Positions 17,246 through 26,334 of a DNA stretch of 64,000 nucleotides are shown one piece after another. The stretch is taken from assembly GCA_944392175.1 (NCBI GenBank), contig CALXVT010000006.1, forward strand, positions 1,077 to 65,076, read 5' to 3'. Position 1 is the first letter of the stretch. The number at the start of each line of letters is the position of its first letter. The position numbers and the translations under genes were made by a program. The notes beneath the pieces are model-generated. The model worked only from the letters and a program-made list of their open reading frames with translations, did not search any database and was not told where the DNA came from. The DNA comes from an uncultured Clostridia bacterium. GTDB lineage: Bacteria > Bacillota > Clostridia > TANB77 > CAG-508.

Positions 17246-18364
17246 ATGGGATATTTAGGAGAAGATATTAAAAAATTAGGATTTGGATTAATGAGACTTC
17301 CACAAAAAGATGGAAAAATTGACGTTGAACAAACAAAAGTAATGGTAGACAAATTTTTAGATGCTGGTTTTACATATTTTGATACAGCTTGGGCTTATGC
17401 AGGAAGTGAAGATGCCATAAGACAAGCATTAGTAGAAAGATATCCAAGAGATAAATTCCAGCTTGCAACTAAAAATGCTGCATGGATAAATTGTAAAACA
17501 AGAGAAGAAGCAATAGCCCAATTTGATACTTCTTTAAAACAAACAGGTGCAGGATATTTTGATTTTTATTTATTACATAATTTAGGAGAATCTAGAACAA
17601 AGGCTTTTGATGATTTTGATATGTGGAGCTGGATTCAAGAAATGAAAGCTGAAGGAAAAATAAAACATATAGGATTTTCTTTCCACTCAACACCAGAAGA
17701 ATTAGAAGAAATATTAAATAAGCATCCAGAAATGGAATTTGTACAACTTCAAATTAATTATGCAGATTGGGAAAATCCAGCAATTAAATCTAGAGAATGT
17801 TATGAAGTTGCAAGAAAACATGGAAAACCTGTAATAATTATGGAACCAGTAAAAGGAGGAATGCTTGCAAATCCACCAGAGCAAGTTCAAAAAGTATTCA
17901 AAGAAGCTGATCCCAATGCATCTGTTGCATCATGGGCAATTAAATTTGCAGCAAGCTTGGAAGGAGTTATTACAGTACTTTCAGGAATGAGTAATATAGA
18001 ACAAATGGAAGATAATATATCTTATATGAAAGATTTTACTAAATTATCTGATAAAGAAGAGGAAACAATAAATAAAGCACAAGAGATATTAAAAAGTATT
18101 CCTTTAATACCATGTACAACATGTAATTATTGTGCAAAAGTTTGTCCTATGCATATAGGAATTTCTGGATCATTTACAGCCATGAATTATTTAACATTAT
18201 ATAATGATATGGCAGCTGCTAAACATCAAGAAGAATGGCTTGTTGGAGGACATGGATTAAAGAAAGCATCAGAATGTATTAAATGTGGTAGATGTGAACA
18301 AGCATGCCCACAACATATTCAAATTAGAAAAGAACTTGAAAAAGTTGCTGAAAAATTAAATTAA
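17246..18364 (+). CDS. Aldo/keto reductase with a C-terminal 2x[4Fe-4S]-type Cys motif region
   Basis: AKR N-terminus (FDTAWAYAGSE). CTTCNYCAKVCP and CIKCGRCEQACP. Confidence 0.85.
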   Translation: MGYLGEDIKKLGFGLMRLPQKDGKIDVEQTKVMVDKFLDAGFTYFDTAWAYAGSEDAIRQALVERYPRDKFQLATKNAAWINCKTREEAIAQFDTSLKQTGAGYFDFYLLHNLGESRTKAFDDFDMWSWIQEMKAEGKIKHIGFSFHSTPEELEEILNKHPEMEFVQLQINYADWENPAIKSRECYEVARKHGKPVIIMEPVKGGMLANPPEQVQKVFKEADPNASVASWAIKFAASLEGVITVLSGMSNIEQMEDNISYMKDFTKLSDKEEETINKAQEILKSIPLIPCTTCNYCAKVCPMHIGISGSFTAMNYLTLYNDMAAAKHQEEWLVGGHGLKKASECIKCGRCEQACPQHIQIRKELEKVAEKLN

Positions 18365-18390
18365 TGTAAATTATGTGAAAGGAGATTTTT

Positions 18391-19275
18391 ATGGATAGAT
18401 CAAAAGTTTATTTTACAAAAGAAATTACACCGGAAAGAGTAATAAAAATGTATGAAAAATTAGGAAAGGAATTACCAGGAAAAGTTGCTGTTAAATTACA
18501 TTCTGGAGAACAAGGAAATCAAAATTATATTAGACCAGAATTTGTAAAAGCCATAGTAGAAAGAGTAAAAGGAACTGTAGTTGAATGCAATGCTGCATAT
18601 GAAGGAGCTAGAAATAGTACAGAAAAACATAAAAAATTAATAGAAGACCATGGTTGGACTAAATATTTTGATGTAGACATTATGGACGCAGATGGAGATG
18701 ATATGGTTTTAGATATTCCAAATGGAAAAGTTTTAAAACAAAACTTTGTAGGAAATCATATGAAAAATTATGATTCTATGTTAGTACTTTCACATTTTAA
18801 AGGACATCCAATGGGAGGATATGGTGGAGCATTAAAACAATTATCTATAGGTTGTGCTTCATCAGAAGGAAAATCTTGGATACACTCTGCAGGACATACA
18901 AAAGATCAAACTGTAGTATGGGATAATTTACCAGAACAAAATTTATTCTTAGAATCAATGGCAGATGCTGCTTCATCAGTAGTAAATTACTTTAAAGATA
19001 ATATTTTATTTATAAATGTTATGTGTAATTTATCAGTTGATTGTGATTGTTGTGCAATAGCGGAAGATCCATGTATGAAAGATATTGGAATTTTAGCAAG
19101 TACAGATCCAATAGCAATAGATCAAGCTTGTATAGATTTAGTTTATAATTCAAAAGATCCAGGAAGAGATCATTTTGTAGCTAGAGTTGAAAGACAAAAT
19201 GGAACACATACAATAGATGCTGCAAATGAACTTGGATTTGGAACAAAAGAATATGAACTAATTAATGTGGATTAG
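18391..19275 (+). CDS. DUF362 domain-containing protein
   Basis: Recognised family-like N-terminus (KVYFTKEITPE ... VAVKLHSGE) and a CDCC cluster. Confidence 0.6.
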   Translation: MDRSKVYFTKEITPERVIKMYEKLGKELPGKVAVKLHSGEQGNQNYIRPEFVKAIVERVKGTVVECNAAYEGARNSTEKHKKLIEDHGWTKYFDVDIMDADGDDMVLDIPNGKVLKQNFVGNHMKNYDSMLVLSHFKGHPMGGYGGALKQLSIGCASSEGKSWIHSAGHTKDQTVVWDNLPEQNLFLESMADAASSVVNYFKDNILFINVMCNLSVDCDCCAIAEDPCMKDIGILASTDPIAIDQACIDLVYNSKDPGRDHFVARVERQNGTHTIDAANELGFGTKEYELINVD

Positions 19276-19280
19276 GAATT

Positions 19281-19316
19281 AAATAGGGATTTAGGGACGT
19301 TCCTAAAATCACTATT
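19281..19316. repeat. REP-like palindromic element, TAGGGAT-arm subfamily (diverged)
   Basis: AAATAGGGATTTAGGGACGTTCCTAAAATCACTATT. Confidence 0.75.
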
Positions 19317-19326
19317 AAAAAGAAAA

Positions 19327-19357
19327 AATGCACCGGTGTGAACACCGATGCATTTTC
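19327..19357. terminator. Bidirectional rho-independent terminator
   Basis: ATGCACCGGTG tgaa CACCGATGCAT, flanked by an A-run and a T-run, between convergent genes. Confidence 0.7.
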
Positions 19358-19360
19358 TGT

Positions 19361-19690
19361 TTACTCCTCAGTTTCGAGCATTGAGGAGTATTCGAGGATT
19401 TGCGGATACTTCAATCTTTCCAGCCAGCTGATGACATGGATTTCTGCGGCTATTAATTCGGAACTGAATATGTTGAAATATTCAGAACTTTCAGTGGCAC
19501 CCACGTAAATAATTTTTTCGCCATTATTTATTTTGTGCCCATAGATAGTAGATAAATACTTCCATTTACTGTATTTATCTTCCGTGTAGACACTCACAAT
19601 AATGACTCCCTTAGGAGAAATATCATTTATATAAAGTGATATTCCATACCGGTTTTTGTTGACTTTAAAAGTGTATACAATTTTTCTCAT
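19361..19690 (-). CDS. Hypothetical protein, G+C-rich minus-strand cassette
   Basis: 109-aa ORF. RBS AAGGAGG. Consensus promoter upstream. 27 G+C in 19381-19440. Confidence 0.6.
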   Translation of the reverse strand: MRKIVYTFKVNKNRYGISLYINDISPKGVIIVSVYTEDKYSKWKYLSTIYGHKINNGEKIIYVGATESSEYFNIFSSELIAAEIHVISWLERLKYPQILEYSSMLETEE

Positions 19691-19751
19691 TATAAATCCT
19701 CCTTGGCAATATGCCTTTTGAAAAATATAAAATTAATACTACCTAAACTAT

Positions 19752-19780
19752 ATTATATCATAATTTACATAATACGTCAA
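19752..19780 (-). promoter_or_regulatory. Sigma-A consensus-like promoter for the 19690 ORF
   Basis: On the minus strand: TTGACG, 17 nt, TATAAT. Confidence 0.55.
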
Positions 19781-19962
19781 TAAAATGAGTATTCAGAGTA
19801 TGTGTAGCTTGTAAAATCTACATTATTATAGTATAAATATAAAAGAAATTATTTTATAATAACAATATTGACTAACCAAACTGTCTAATACATACAATAA
19901 TCTAACAATTTTTTGAAATAGAAATTATAAGAACCGTATCTAAATGCTTATAGGAGGATAAA

Positions 19963-20490
19963 ATGAATATTTTAATATTAACTGGAAGTCCAAGAAAAAA
20001 TGGAACTTCAAATTTATTATTAGAGAATTTTTTAAATGGATTAAATAAAGAAAAACACAACATAAAAAGATATGATGCAGCATTTTTAAAAATAAGTGGT
20101 TGTAGCGGATGCTATGCTTGTGAAGATGGAGAATGCATAAAGAATGACGATATGAAACAAATATATGAAGATTTATTAACTGCTGATTTAATAGTATTTG
20201 TAAGTCCAATTTATTATTACAATTTTACTTCTCAACTAAAAACTGTAATTGATAGATTTTATGCAATAGATGAAAAGTTACATACAAAAAAAGATGTAAT
20301 TTTACTTTCTACAGCTTGGAATGACAGAGAAATTGTTGTAAAACCAATACAAGCAGAATTAGAAGCTATTTGTAGCTATTTTGGATGGAATATTAAAGGA
20401 AAAGTTTTTGCTATAGGTTGTGGCGAACCAGAAGATATAATAAAAACAAAATATCTAGAAGATGCTTTTAACCTAGGAAAAGAAATTTAA
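19963..20490 (+). CDS. Flavodoxin-like fold NAD(P)H-dependent FMN reductase / iron-sulfur flavoprotein-like
   Basis: MNILILTGSPRKNGTS N-terminus. CSGCYACEDGEC cluster. Confidence 0.7.
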   Translation: MNILILTGSPRKNGTSNLLLENFLNGLNKEKHNIKRYDAAFLKISGCSGCYACEDGECIKNDDMKQIYEDLLTADLIVFVSPIYYYNFTSQLKTVIDRFYAIDEKLHTKKDVILLSTAWNDREIVVKPIQAELEAICSYFGWNIKGKVFAIGCGEPEDIIKTKYLEDAFNLGKEI

Positions 20491-20509
20491 ACAGTAAAGG
20501 ATAGATAAT

Positions 20510-21181
20510 ATGTCAAAAATATTAATTGTTGAAGATGATAAAAAATTAAGAGATGAATTGAAAATATTTTTAGAAAGACATGGATATGAAGTTTTAGTTT
20601 TAGAAAAATTTGATAATTCAATAAAAGATATTTTAGAATATAATGCTAATTTAATTTTATTAGATATTAATCTGCCAAATGTTGATGGTGAATATATATG
20701 CAGGGAGGTTAGAAAAGTATCCAATGTTCCAATAATAATGGTAACAAGTCGTGATAGTGAACTTGATGAGTTATTAAGCATAAATAGTGGAGCAGATCAA
20801 TATATTACAAAGCCATATAATATTCAAATTCTACTTGCAAAAATAGAAAGACTATTAAAAAGAAGCTATGATAGTAATGTAAATCAAGATAAAATAGATT
20901 GTGGCAAATTTATATTAAATCTTTCTAAAAGCATAATAGAAAAAGATGGAAAAATAGTAGAACTTACTAAAAATGAATTTAAGATTTTACATTATTTTGT
21001 TCTAAATAAAGAAAAGATTGTTTCTAGAAATGAAATAATGGATTATTTATGGGAAAGTGAGAACTTTATTGATGATAATACTCTTACTGTAAATATAAAA
21101 AGACTAAGAAATAAATTAGAAGAATTAGGATTAAATGATGTAATAGAAACTAAAAGAGGACAGGGATATATATTAAAATGA
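20510..21181 (+). CDS. OmpR-family response regulator (BceR-like)
   Basis: Receiver domain (ILIVEDD ... LLDINLP) plus a winged-helix C-terminus (TVNIKRLRNKLE). Confidence 0.9.
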   Translation: MSKILIVEDDKKLRDELKIFLERHGYEVLVLEKFDNSIKDILEYNANLILLDINLPNVDGEYICREVRKVSNVPIIMVTSRDSELDELLSINSGADQYITKPYNIQILLAKIERLLKRSYDSNVNQDKIDCGKFILNLSKSIIEKDGKIVELTKNEFKILHYFVLNKEKIVSRNEIMDYLWESENFIDDNTLTVNIKRLRNKLEELGLNDVIETKRGQGYILK

Positions 21182-22188
21182 AGATTAAAGATTATTTAAA
21201 AGATAAATTATTATATGTAATACTTTTAATAGCAGGCATTTTAAGTGTAGAAATATTACTAATACCAATTATAAATTATGTATATATAAAAATATATGTT
21301 GCAATAGTGCCACTTATTTTATTTTTTATTCCATTCTTTATAGAATATTACAAAAAGAAAGAATATTATTCTGAAATTAAAGCTAGAGTAAATGAATTAG
21401 AAGAAAAATATTTAGTAACAGAATTATTGCCAAAAGCTGATTTTATGGAAGCAAAACTTAATAAAGATTTAGTATTAGATATTGGAAAATCTATGTTAGA
21501 AAATGTAAATAAATATAAATATCTTCAGGAAGATTATAAAGAATATATAGAACTTTGGATTCACGAAATAAAAATACCAATTGCAACAAGCAAGATGATA
21601 GTGGAAAATAATAAATCAGAAGTTACAAAAAGTATAGATGAAGAGCTTGATAAAATAGAAAATTATATAGAACAAGCATTATATTATGCAAGAAGTAATA
21701 CTGTGGAAAAGGATTACATTATAAAGAAGAATATTTTAAAAGATATAGTAAATAGTACTATTTTGAAGAATAAAACAATACTTATTCAAAATAATATAAA
21801 AATCGAAACAGAAGATTTGGAAGAAGAAGTTTATACAGATAGCAAATGGTGTATATTTATTTTAAGTCAGATTATTCAAAATTCTATAAAATATAGTAAA
21901 GAGCAAAACAAAGAAATAAAGTTATATGCCGAAAATAAAAAAGAAAATATAATATTATATATTAAAGATAATGGAATAGGAATAGATAAAGCTGAGATAG
22001 GTAGAGTATTTGAAAAAGGATTTACAGGGACTAATGGAAGGCAAGAAAAAAAGTCAACGGGAATAGGTTTATACTTATGCAAAAAATTATGTGATAAATT
22101 ATGTATTGGATTAGAAATTGCTTCAGAAAAGAATATAGGGACAGAAGTAAAATTAGTATTTCCAAAGAATAGCTTTATAAACATGTAA
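21178..22188 (+). CDS. Intramembrane-sensing histidine kinase (BceS-like)
   Basis: Two N-terminal TM helices with a minimal loop. H-box WIHEIKIPIAT. N/G boxes (DNGIGI, GIGLYLCKKL). Overlaps the response regulator gene by 4 nt. Confidence 0.88.
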   Translation: MKIKDYLKDKLLYVILLIAGILSVEILLIPIINYVYIKIYVAIVPLILFFIPFFIEYYKKKEYYSEIKARVNELEEKYLVTELLPKADFMEAKLNKDLVLDIGKSMLENVNKYKYLQEDYKEYIELWIHEIKIPIATSKMIVENNKSEVTKSIDEELDKIENYIEQALYYARSNTVEKDYIIKKNILKDIVNSTILKNKTILIQNNIKIETEDLEEEVYTDSKWCIFILSQIIQNSIKYSKEQNKEIKLYAENKKENIILYIKDNGIGIDKAEIGRVFEKGFTGTNGRQEKKSTGIGLYLCKKLCDKLCIGLEIASEKNIGTEVKLVFPKNSFINM

Positions 22189-22194
22189 TTATAA

Positions 22195-22224
22195 TTGACA
22201 TAATACATAAAAAGAATGTATAAT
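22195..22224 (+). promoter_or_regulatory. Sigma-A consensus promoter, copy 1 of a duplicated promoter
   Basis: ATAATTGACATAA context. TTGACA, 18 nt, TGTATAAT. Confidence 0.6.
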
Positions 22225-22275
22225 AGATAAGACACAAGTAATAAAAAAATTCCAAGGAAATAGGAGGAATGAAGA

Positions 22276-22677
22276 ATGTGTAAAGAATACGAAAAAATGG
22301 ACGAAGCACGTAGGGAGTATGAAGAAAACAGGAACCGGTTAAGCAAAGCGGTTTCTAAAATGAACAAAGTTCTTGAAACAGCGCATCATAAGGCTGCGCT
22401 CATGCAGGAAACACCATTTTTGTTAAAACTTCTTACAGGAAGAGTAGAGTATTACGAGGAAACGGAAGAGGTAATGTTCTGCTATGAAATTTATAATGCA
22501 GACAGAATATCTCTTCATGGAAAAGGCTTGCAGGTCTTTGTTGATTGGGAAAGTGCATTGAAGTATGCGCTTAACTTCTCAGAACCGAGGCTTCCGGAAG
22601 AGCTTTGCTCAGAACTGGTAAAGGCTGTGGAAGAGTTCCGCTTAGCATATGTAAAATATGCTGAGCTCGATGATTAA
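22276..22677 (+). CDS. Hypothetical protein, paralog A (MCKEY N-terminus), G+C-rich
   Basis: 133-aa ORF. RBS AGGAGG. 23 G+C in 22276-22335. A terminator-like hairpin follows (22687-22726). Confidence 0.6.
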   Translation: MCKEYEKMDEARREYEENRNRLSKAVSKMNKVLETAHHKAALMQETPFLLKLLTGRVEYYEETEEVMFCYEIYNADRISLHGKGLQVFVDWESALKYALNFSEPRLPEELCSELVKAVEEFRLAYVKYAELDD

Positions 22678-22747
22678 CGTATTCTGGAAAAGGGGAGAGA
22701 TGACGAAAGTCACCTTTCCCTTTATTCTATTTAAAAAAGACAAATAA

Positions 22748-22777
22748 TTGACATAAATTTCGCTTTGGGTGTATAAT
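22748..22777 (+). promoter_or_regulatory. Sigma-A consensus promoter, copy 2 of a duplicated promoter
   Basis: ATAATTGACATAA context. TTGACA, 18 nt, GTGTATAAT. The 5' UTR shares ACxCGTAGTAA...AATTCCAA with copy 1. Confidence 0.6.
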
Positions 22778-22826
22778 TGCCGAGAAACACGTAGTAAACA
22801 ATTCCAAAAAAATGGGGGAATAAATT

Positions 22827-23246
22827 ATGTGTATAGAATACAGTAAAGAAATGGCAGATGAAAATATATTTAAAAATACCATAAAGGAATTTAATGAATG
22901 TCTTGATAAAATTCGGTTAGAAATGCAATCTAAGACACTTGAATCTCCTTTATGGTTGCATACAGAAATTGAATTTGATTCAAATAAAGAATTAAACCTG
23001 AAGTTTCATTTTCATGAAGTAATTGTAGAGGACTTTTTTTCTGAAAAAGAGCAAAAAGTTACTAAAACATTAAAAAAAGGAGATTGCACTCAAGCTGTTA
23101 TATACAGAGAGGTGTTAGGTTGGTGCGAGGAGTTACAAATGGTAATTGAAAAGCAAGGAAATATAGTTTCAGATGCCAACAAAATCCAGTTAAAAGACAT
23201 TATAGAGAAATTTACTCTTATAAGTATGGAATGTTTATCTGGATAA
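22827..23246 (+). CDS. Hypothetical protein, paralog B (MCIEY N-terminus)
   Basis: 139-aa ORF. RBS GGGGGA. Weak similarity to 22276-22677 (MCxEYxK, E[TS]P[FL]xL). Terminator at 23264-23293. Confidence 0.55.
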   Translation: MCIEYSKEMADENIFKNTIKEFNECLDKIRLEMQSKTLESPLWLHTEIEFDSNKELNLKFHFHEVIVEDFFSEKEQKVTKTLKKGDCTQAVIYREVLGWCEELQMVIEKQGNIVSDANKIQLKDIIEKFTLISMECLSG

Positions 23247-23374
23247 GGAAGTATTCTTAAAAGGAGCAGTACAGAATAAGTATTGCTCTTTTTTCTATTA
23301 TATAAATTACTATTTAAATTAAAGCATTGAAAAAAATATAATGTTGTAATAAAATATCAAAAGAAATCAAAAGA

Positions 23375-24994
23375 ATGTCGAAAAAATGTCGAAAGGAGAA
23401 ACTTGTGGGAAATAATTTAATAAATATAAAATTAAATTCTAAAATTACAAAGGAATATGTAATTTTAAAAGGTTTTTTGTTGATTAAGGACAATGAAAAT
23501 GAAATTAATAGAGAAAATATAAAATTAAGTTTAAATGAGAAAGAATATAATATAAAATTTCCTTTTAAGAGGATTAAAAAGCTAGGAAAATATGGTACCA
23601 TTTTTAATTATTATAAAGTTAAAATACCCATCGAAGATTTAATTACAGAGAAGATTCATAATAAACCTTTTTTTGTATATAAAGAGAATGAAGAAGACGT
23701 GTTAAAAAGATCTTTAAGATATTCTACAATTAATAATAAAAATAAATATTTAATAGATAAATTAAAAATTTTTAAAGATTTAAATACAACAATATATGTA
23801 AGGCAAAATGCAAAAAATAGATTAGTTATTACTGTAAGAAACATTAATAAAACAGATAACAAATTAGAACAAATAAAAATTAATTTGGCTGATTTTATAT
23901 CTAAATTTATGCCAAAAAAGAAAATTATAATGTATGAAAAAAATTCTAGCAGATATGAAGAAAGTGCATCAATATTATATGAAAAACTTATTGATTTAGG
24001 ATATAAAAATATTTATTATATAATAAATAAAGATAATGAAAAATTACCAAAAATAGATGCAAAATATAAAAAACATTTTATTTATAAATATAGTTTTAAA
24101 CATTATTTATATTTTTTTATAGCAAAAACATTGATTGGTACAGAATCACCAGGACATGCAATAGAATTAAGAACTGCAAATAGACATTCTTCAAAACGTA
24201 TATATAGTAATACATTTAATTATGTATTTTTACAACATGGTGTAATGTATATGGTTGCATTAGACTCTGGAGGAAGAAGCTTTTTTAGAAAAGATGGAAG
24301 TATGCCTAAAAATGCCAAAATTGTTGTTTCTTCTAAGGAGGAGAGAAGACATTTCCTAGAAAAAGGTGGAGGTTATACAAAAAATGATTTTTATGTAACT
24401 GGTCTTCCAAAATTTGATAGAAGTATTCGAAACGATAATGCTGATAAAATTGTAATAATGCCTACGTGGAGGCCATGGGAGTTTAATTTAATAAGAGTAG
24501 ATGTACAGCAAGCTCCTTATTATAAAATGTTGGAAGAAATTATATCTGGTATACCAAAAGAATACCAGGATAAAATTGTTTTATTACCTCATCCATTAGT
24601 AATAAATTCAGTTATAAATACACCATTAGGAAAATATTTAGAACAAGATCTTTCATATGATGATATATTAAAAAAGACAGAAATATTAATAACTGATTAT
24701 TCTTCAATAGCTTATGATGCCTTTTATAGAGGTGCAAAGGTAGTATTCTGGTGGAAAGAAAAAGATTTTTGTATGGAACAGTATAATGGAAGTTTAATGT
24801 TAAATGAGAATAATGTTTTTGGACCAGTTTGCTATAATAAAGATGAATTAAATTTATCAATTAAAAAATTGTATAATAGCAAGATTGATGATTTATATTT
24901 AAATAATTATAGAAAAATTGTTGAATTTCATGATGGTAAAAATACAGAAAGAGTAATAGATTGTTTAAAAAAGGATAAGTTAATTTATAAATAA
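23375..24994 (+). CDS. CDP-glycerol glycerophosphotransferase family protein (TagB/TagF-like)
   Basis: C-terminal MPTWRPWE, LLPHPLV and ILITDYSSIAYDAFY motifs. The start may instead be the GTG at 23405, preceded by AAAGGAG. Confidence 0.75.
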   Translation: MSKKCRKEKLVGNNLINIKLNSKITKEYVILKGFLLIKDNENEINRENIKLSLNEKEYNIKFPFKRIKKLGKYGTIFNYYKVKIPIEDLITEKIHNKPFFVYKENEEDVLKRSLRYSTINNKNKYLIDKLKIFKDLNTTIYVRQNAKNRLVITVRNINKTDNKLEQIKINLADFISKFMPKKKIIMYEKNSSRYEESASILYEKLIDLGYKNIYYIINKDNEKLPKIDAKYKKHFIYKYSFKHYLYFFIAKTLIGTESPGHAIELRTANRHSSKRIYSNTFNYVFLQHGVMYMVALDSGGRSFFRKDGSMPKNAKIVVSSKEERRHFLEKGGGYTKNDFYVTGLPKFDRSIRNDNADKIVIMPTWRPWEFNLIRVDVQQAPYYKMLEEIISGIPKEYQDKIVLLPHPLVINSVINTPLGKYLEQDLSYDDILKKTEILITDYSSIAYDAFYRGAKVVFWWKEKDFCMEQYNGSLMLNENNVFGPVCYNKDELNLSIKKLYNSKIDDLYLNNYRKIVEFHDGKNTERVIDCLKKDKLIYK

Positions 24995-25020
24995 ATTTTA
25001 GCTATAAAAAGAACAAGAAA

Positions 25021-25060
25021 AAACGGTATAACACTAGTAATAGTCGTTATACCGTTTTCT
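25021..25060. terminator. Bidirectional terminator between convergent genes
   Basis: AAACGGTATAAC ... GTTATACCGTTT followed by a T-run. Confidence 0.75.
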
Positions 25061-25066
25061 CATTAC

Positions 25067-25534
25067 TTATCCGCCTATATGCTGTTCCATATATACCTGG
25101 AACTCAGGTATATCGGAAGAAAATGGCAAATAATCCAGATTTTGTGTAAAGGTGCCTCCACCACACATACAATGTGTTTCGAAGATAATCTCACCTTTTT
25201 TGTGATTGCCTTCTGCCATTATATATAAAGCCTGTATTTCAGGCTGTTTATATATAATAGCAATCTTTGGTGTTAACAGTTTTCTCGGTTTATTTGCATT
25301 ATACGAGAAAATAAGTGCTTCTGTGTATACAATGTATTCATCTTTAAATGTATCAATTAAATACAACACAAAATCACCTTTAGAGTTAAATCCACCAAAG
25401 CACTTTCGATTACCTACATAAAAAAAAGTGTTGCCTTTTTCATCAGTTTCATAACCAGGAACGTCAAATCCCCAATTTTTAAAGAAACGTTCTAAGGCTA
25501 TCCGAACAATTTCCTTATTTTTTATAGGTTTCAC
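25067..25534 (-). CDS. Hypothetical protein, tandem paralog 2, G+C-rich
   Basis: 155 aa. GTG start 6 nt after GGAGGG. Similar to the 25594-26076 product (LE[RK]FF, FxVGN, C-terminal CxxGGxTF and PE[FV]Q motifs). Confidence 0.6.
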   Translation of the reverse strand: MKPIKNKEIVRIALERFFKNWGFDVPGYETDEKGNTFFYVGNRKCFGGFNSKGDFVLYLIDTFKDEYIVYTEALIFSYNANKPRKLLTPKIAIIYKQPEIQALYIMAEGNHKKGEIIFETHCMCGGGTFTQNLDYLPFSSDIPEFQVYMEQHIGG

Positions 25535-25593
25535 TTTTATCCCTCCATTTTTTATGAAGATAGGTTAATAGTAACTATAACTTTTGGCAAAAA

Positions 25594-26076
25594 TTATGCC
25601 AAAGCTTTAAGTTGTTCTTCAATCCAAGTCTGAACCTCAGGAACTTTGGATTTTAGATCAAGTGTGGATGACTCAAACGTACACCCACCTTTGGGGCATG
25701 AACGATGATATCTTATTGTACCTGCCTGAATCTTTTTCTCAGGAATATCAACAAAATAGACATCCTGACTTTCTGCTGAAAGATGAATGAAAAACTTTTT
25801 AAGTGTTAGAGTATCATCTTCTTTATTAAAGACAAAGACAAATCCTTCGGTATGCTCTGTGTCAGTTTCTCTGAAATTAGTAGCAAGTAATCTTGCAGTA
25901 ATTTCAGTTGAATCTGAGTTGAAAAAACACAGATAAGTGTTGTTACCTACTTCAAAAATTGGATCGCTGTCGTCATCAAGACCAAGAGTACGAACCACTT
26001 TGAAGTCCTTACTTACAGATGCGAAAAACTTTTCTAAATTCTTCCGCACCAATTCCCGTAATAGATAATTCATCAT
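25594..26076 (-). CDS. Hypothetical protein, tandem paralog 1, G+C-rich
   Basis: Start set at the ATGATG 7 nt after GGAGG. About 160 aa. 24 G+C in 25621-25680. Confidence 0.6.
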   Translation of the reverse strand: MMNYLLRELVRKNLEKFFASVSKDFKVVRTLGLDDDSDPIFEVGNNTYLCFFNSDSTEITARLLATNFRETDTEHTEGFVFVFNKEDDTLTLKKFFIHLSAESQDVYFVDIPEKKIQAGTIRYHRSCPKGGCTFESSTLDLKSKVPEVQTWIEEQLKALA

Positions 26077-26120
26077 ATTGTTACCTCCTTTAAAGTGCAA
26101 CAGTTTTTATTAACAAAATC

Positions 26121-26149
26121 ATTATATCACATAGCTATTATAATAACAA
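26121..26149 (-). promoter_or_regulatory. Sigma-A-type promoter for the minus-strand paralog pair
   Basis: On the minus strand: TTGTTA, 17 nt, TGaTATAAT. Confidence 0.5.
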
Positions 26150-26334
26150 CTTTGTAGAATATATCCGACTTAGGTCCAATATTTTTATTATGATATAATT
26201 CTATTATTAAATATGTGATTGTTTTTTAGATAAATTATCAATAAAAAGATATAATATTGCAAAAACTAACATAGCCATATATAATATCTATGTAGCAAGA
26301 AGTTCTAGTTGAATTATGAAAGGAGCTAGCGTAT

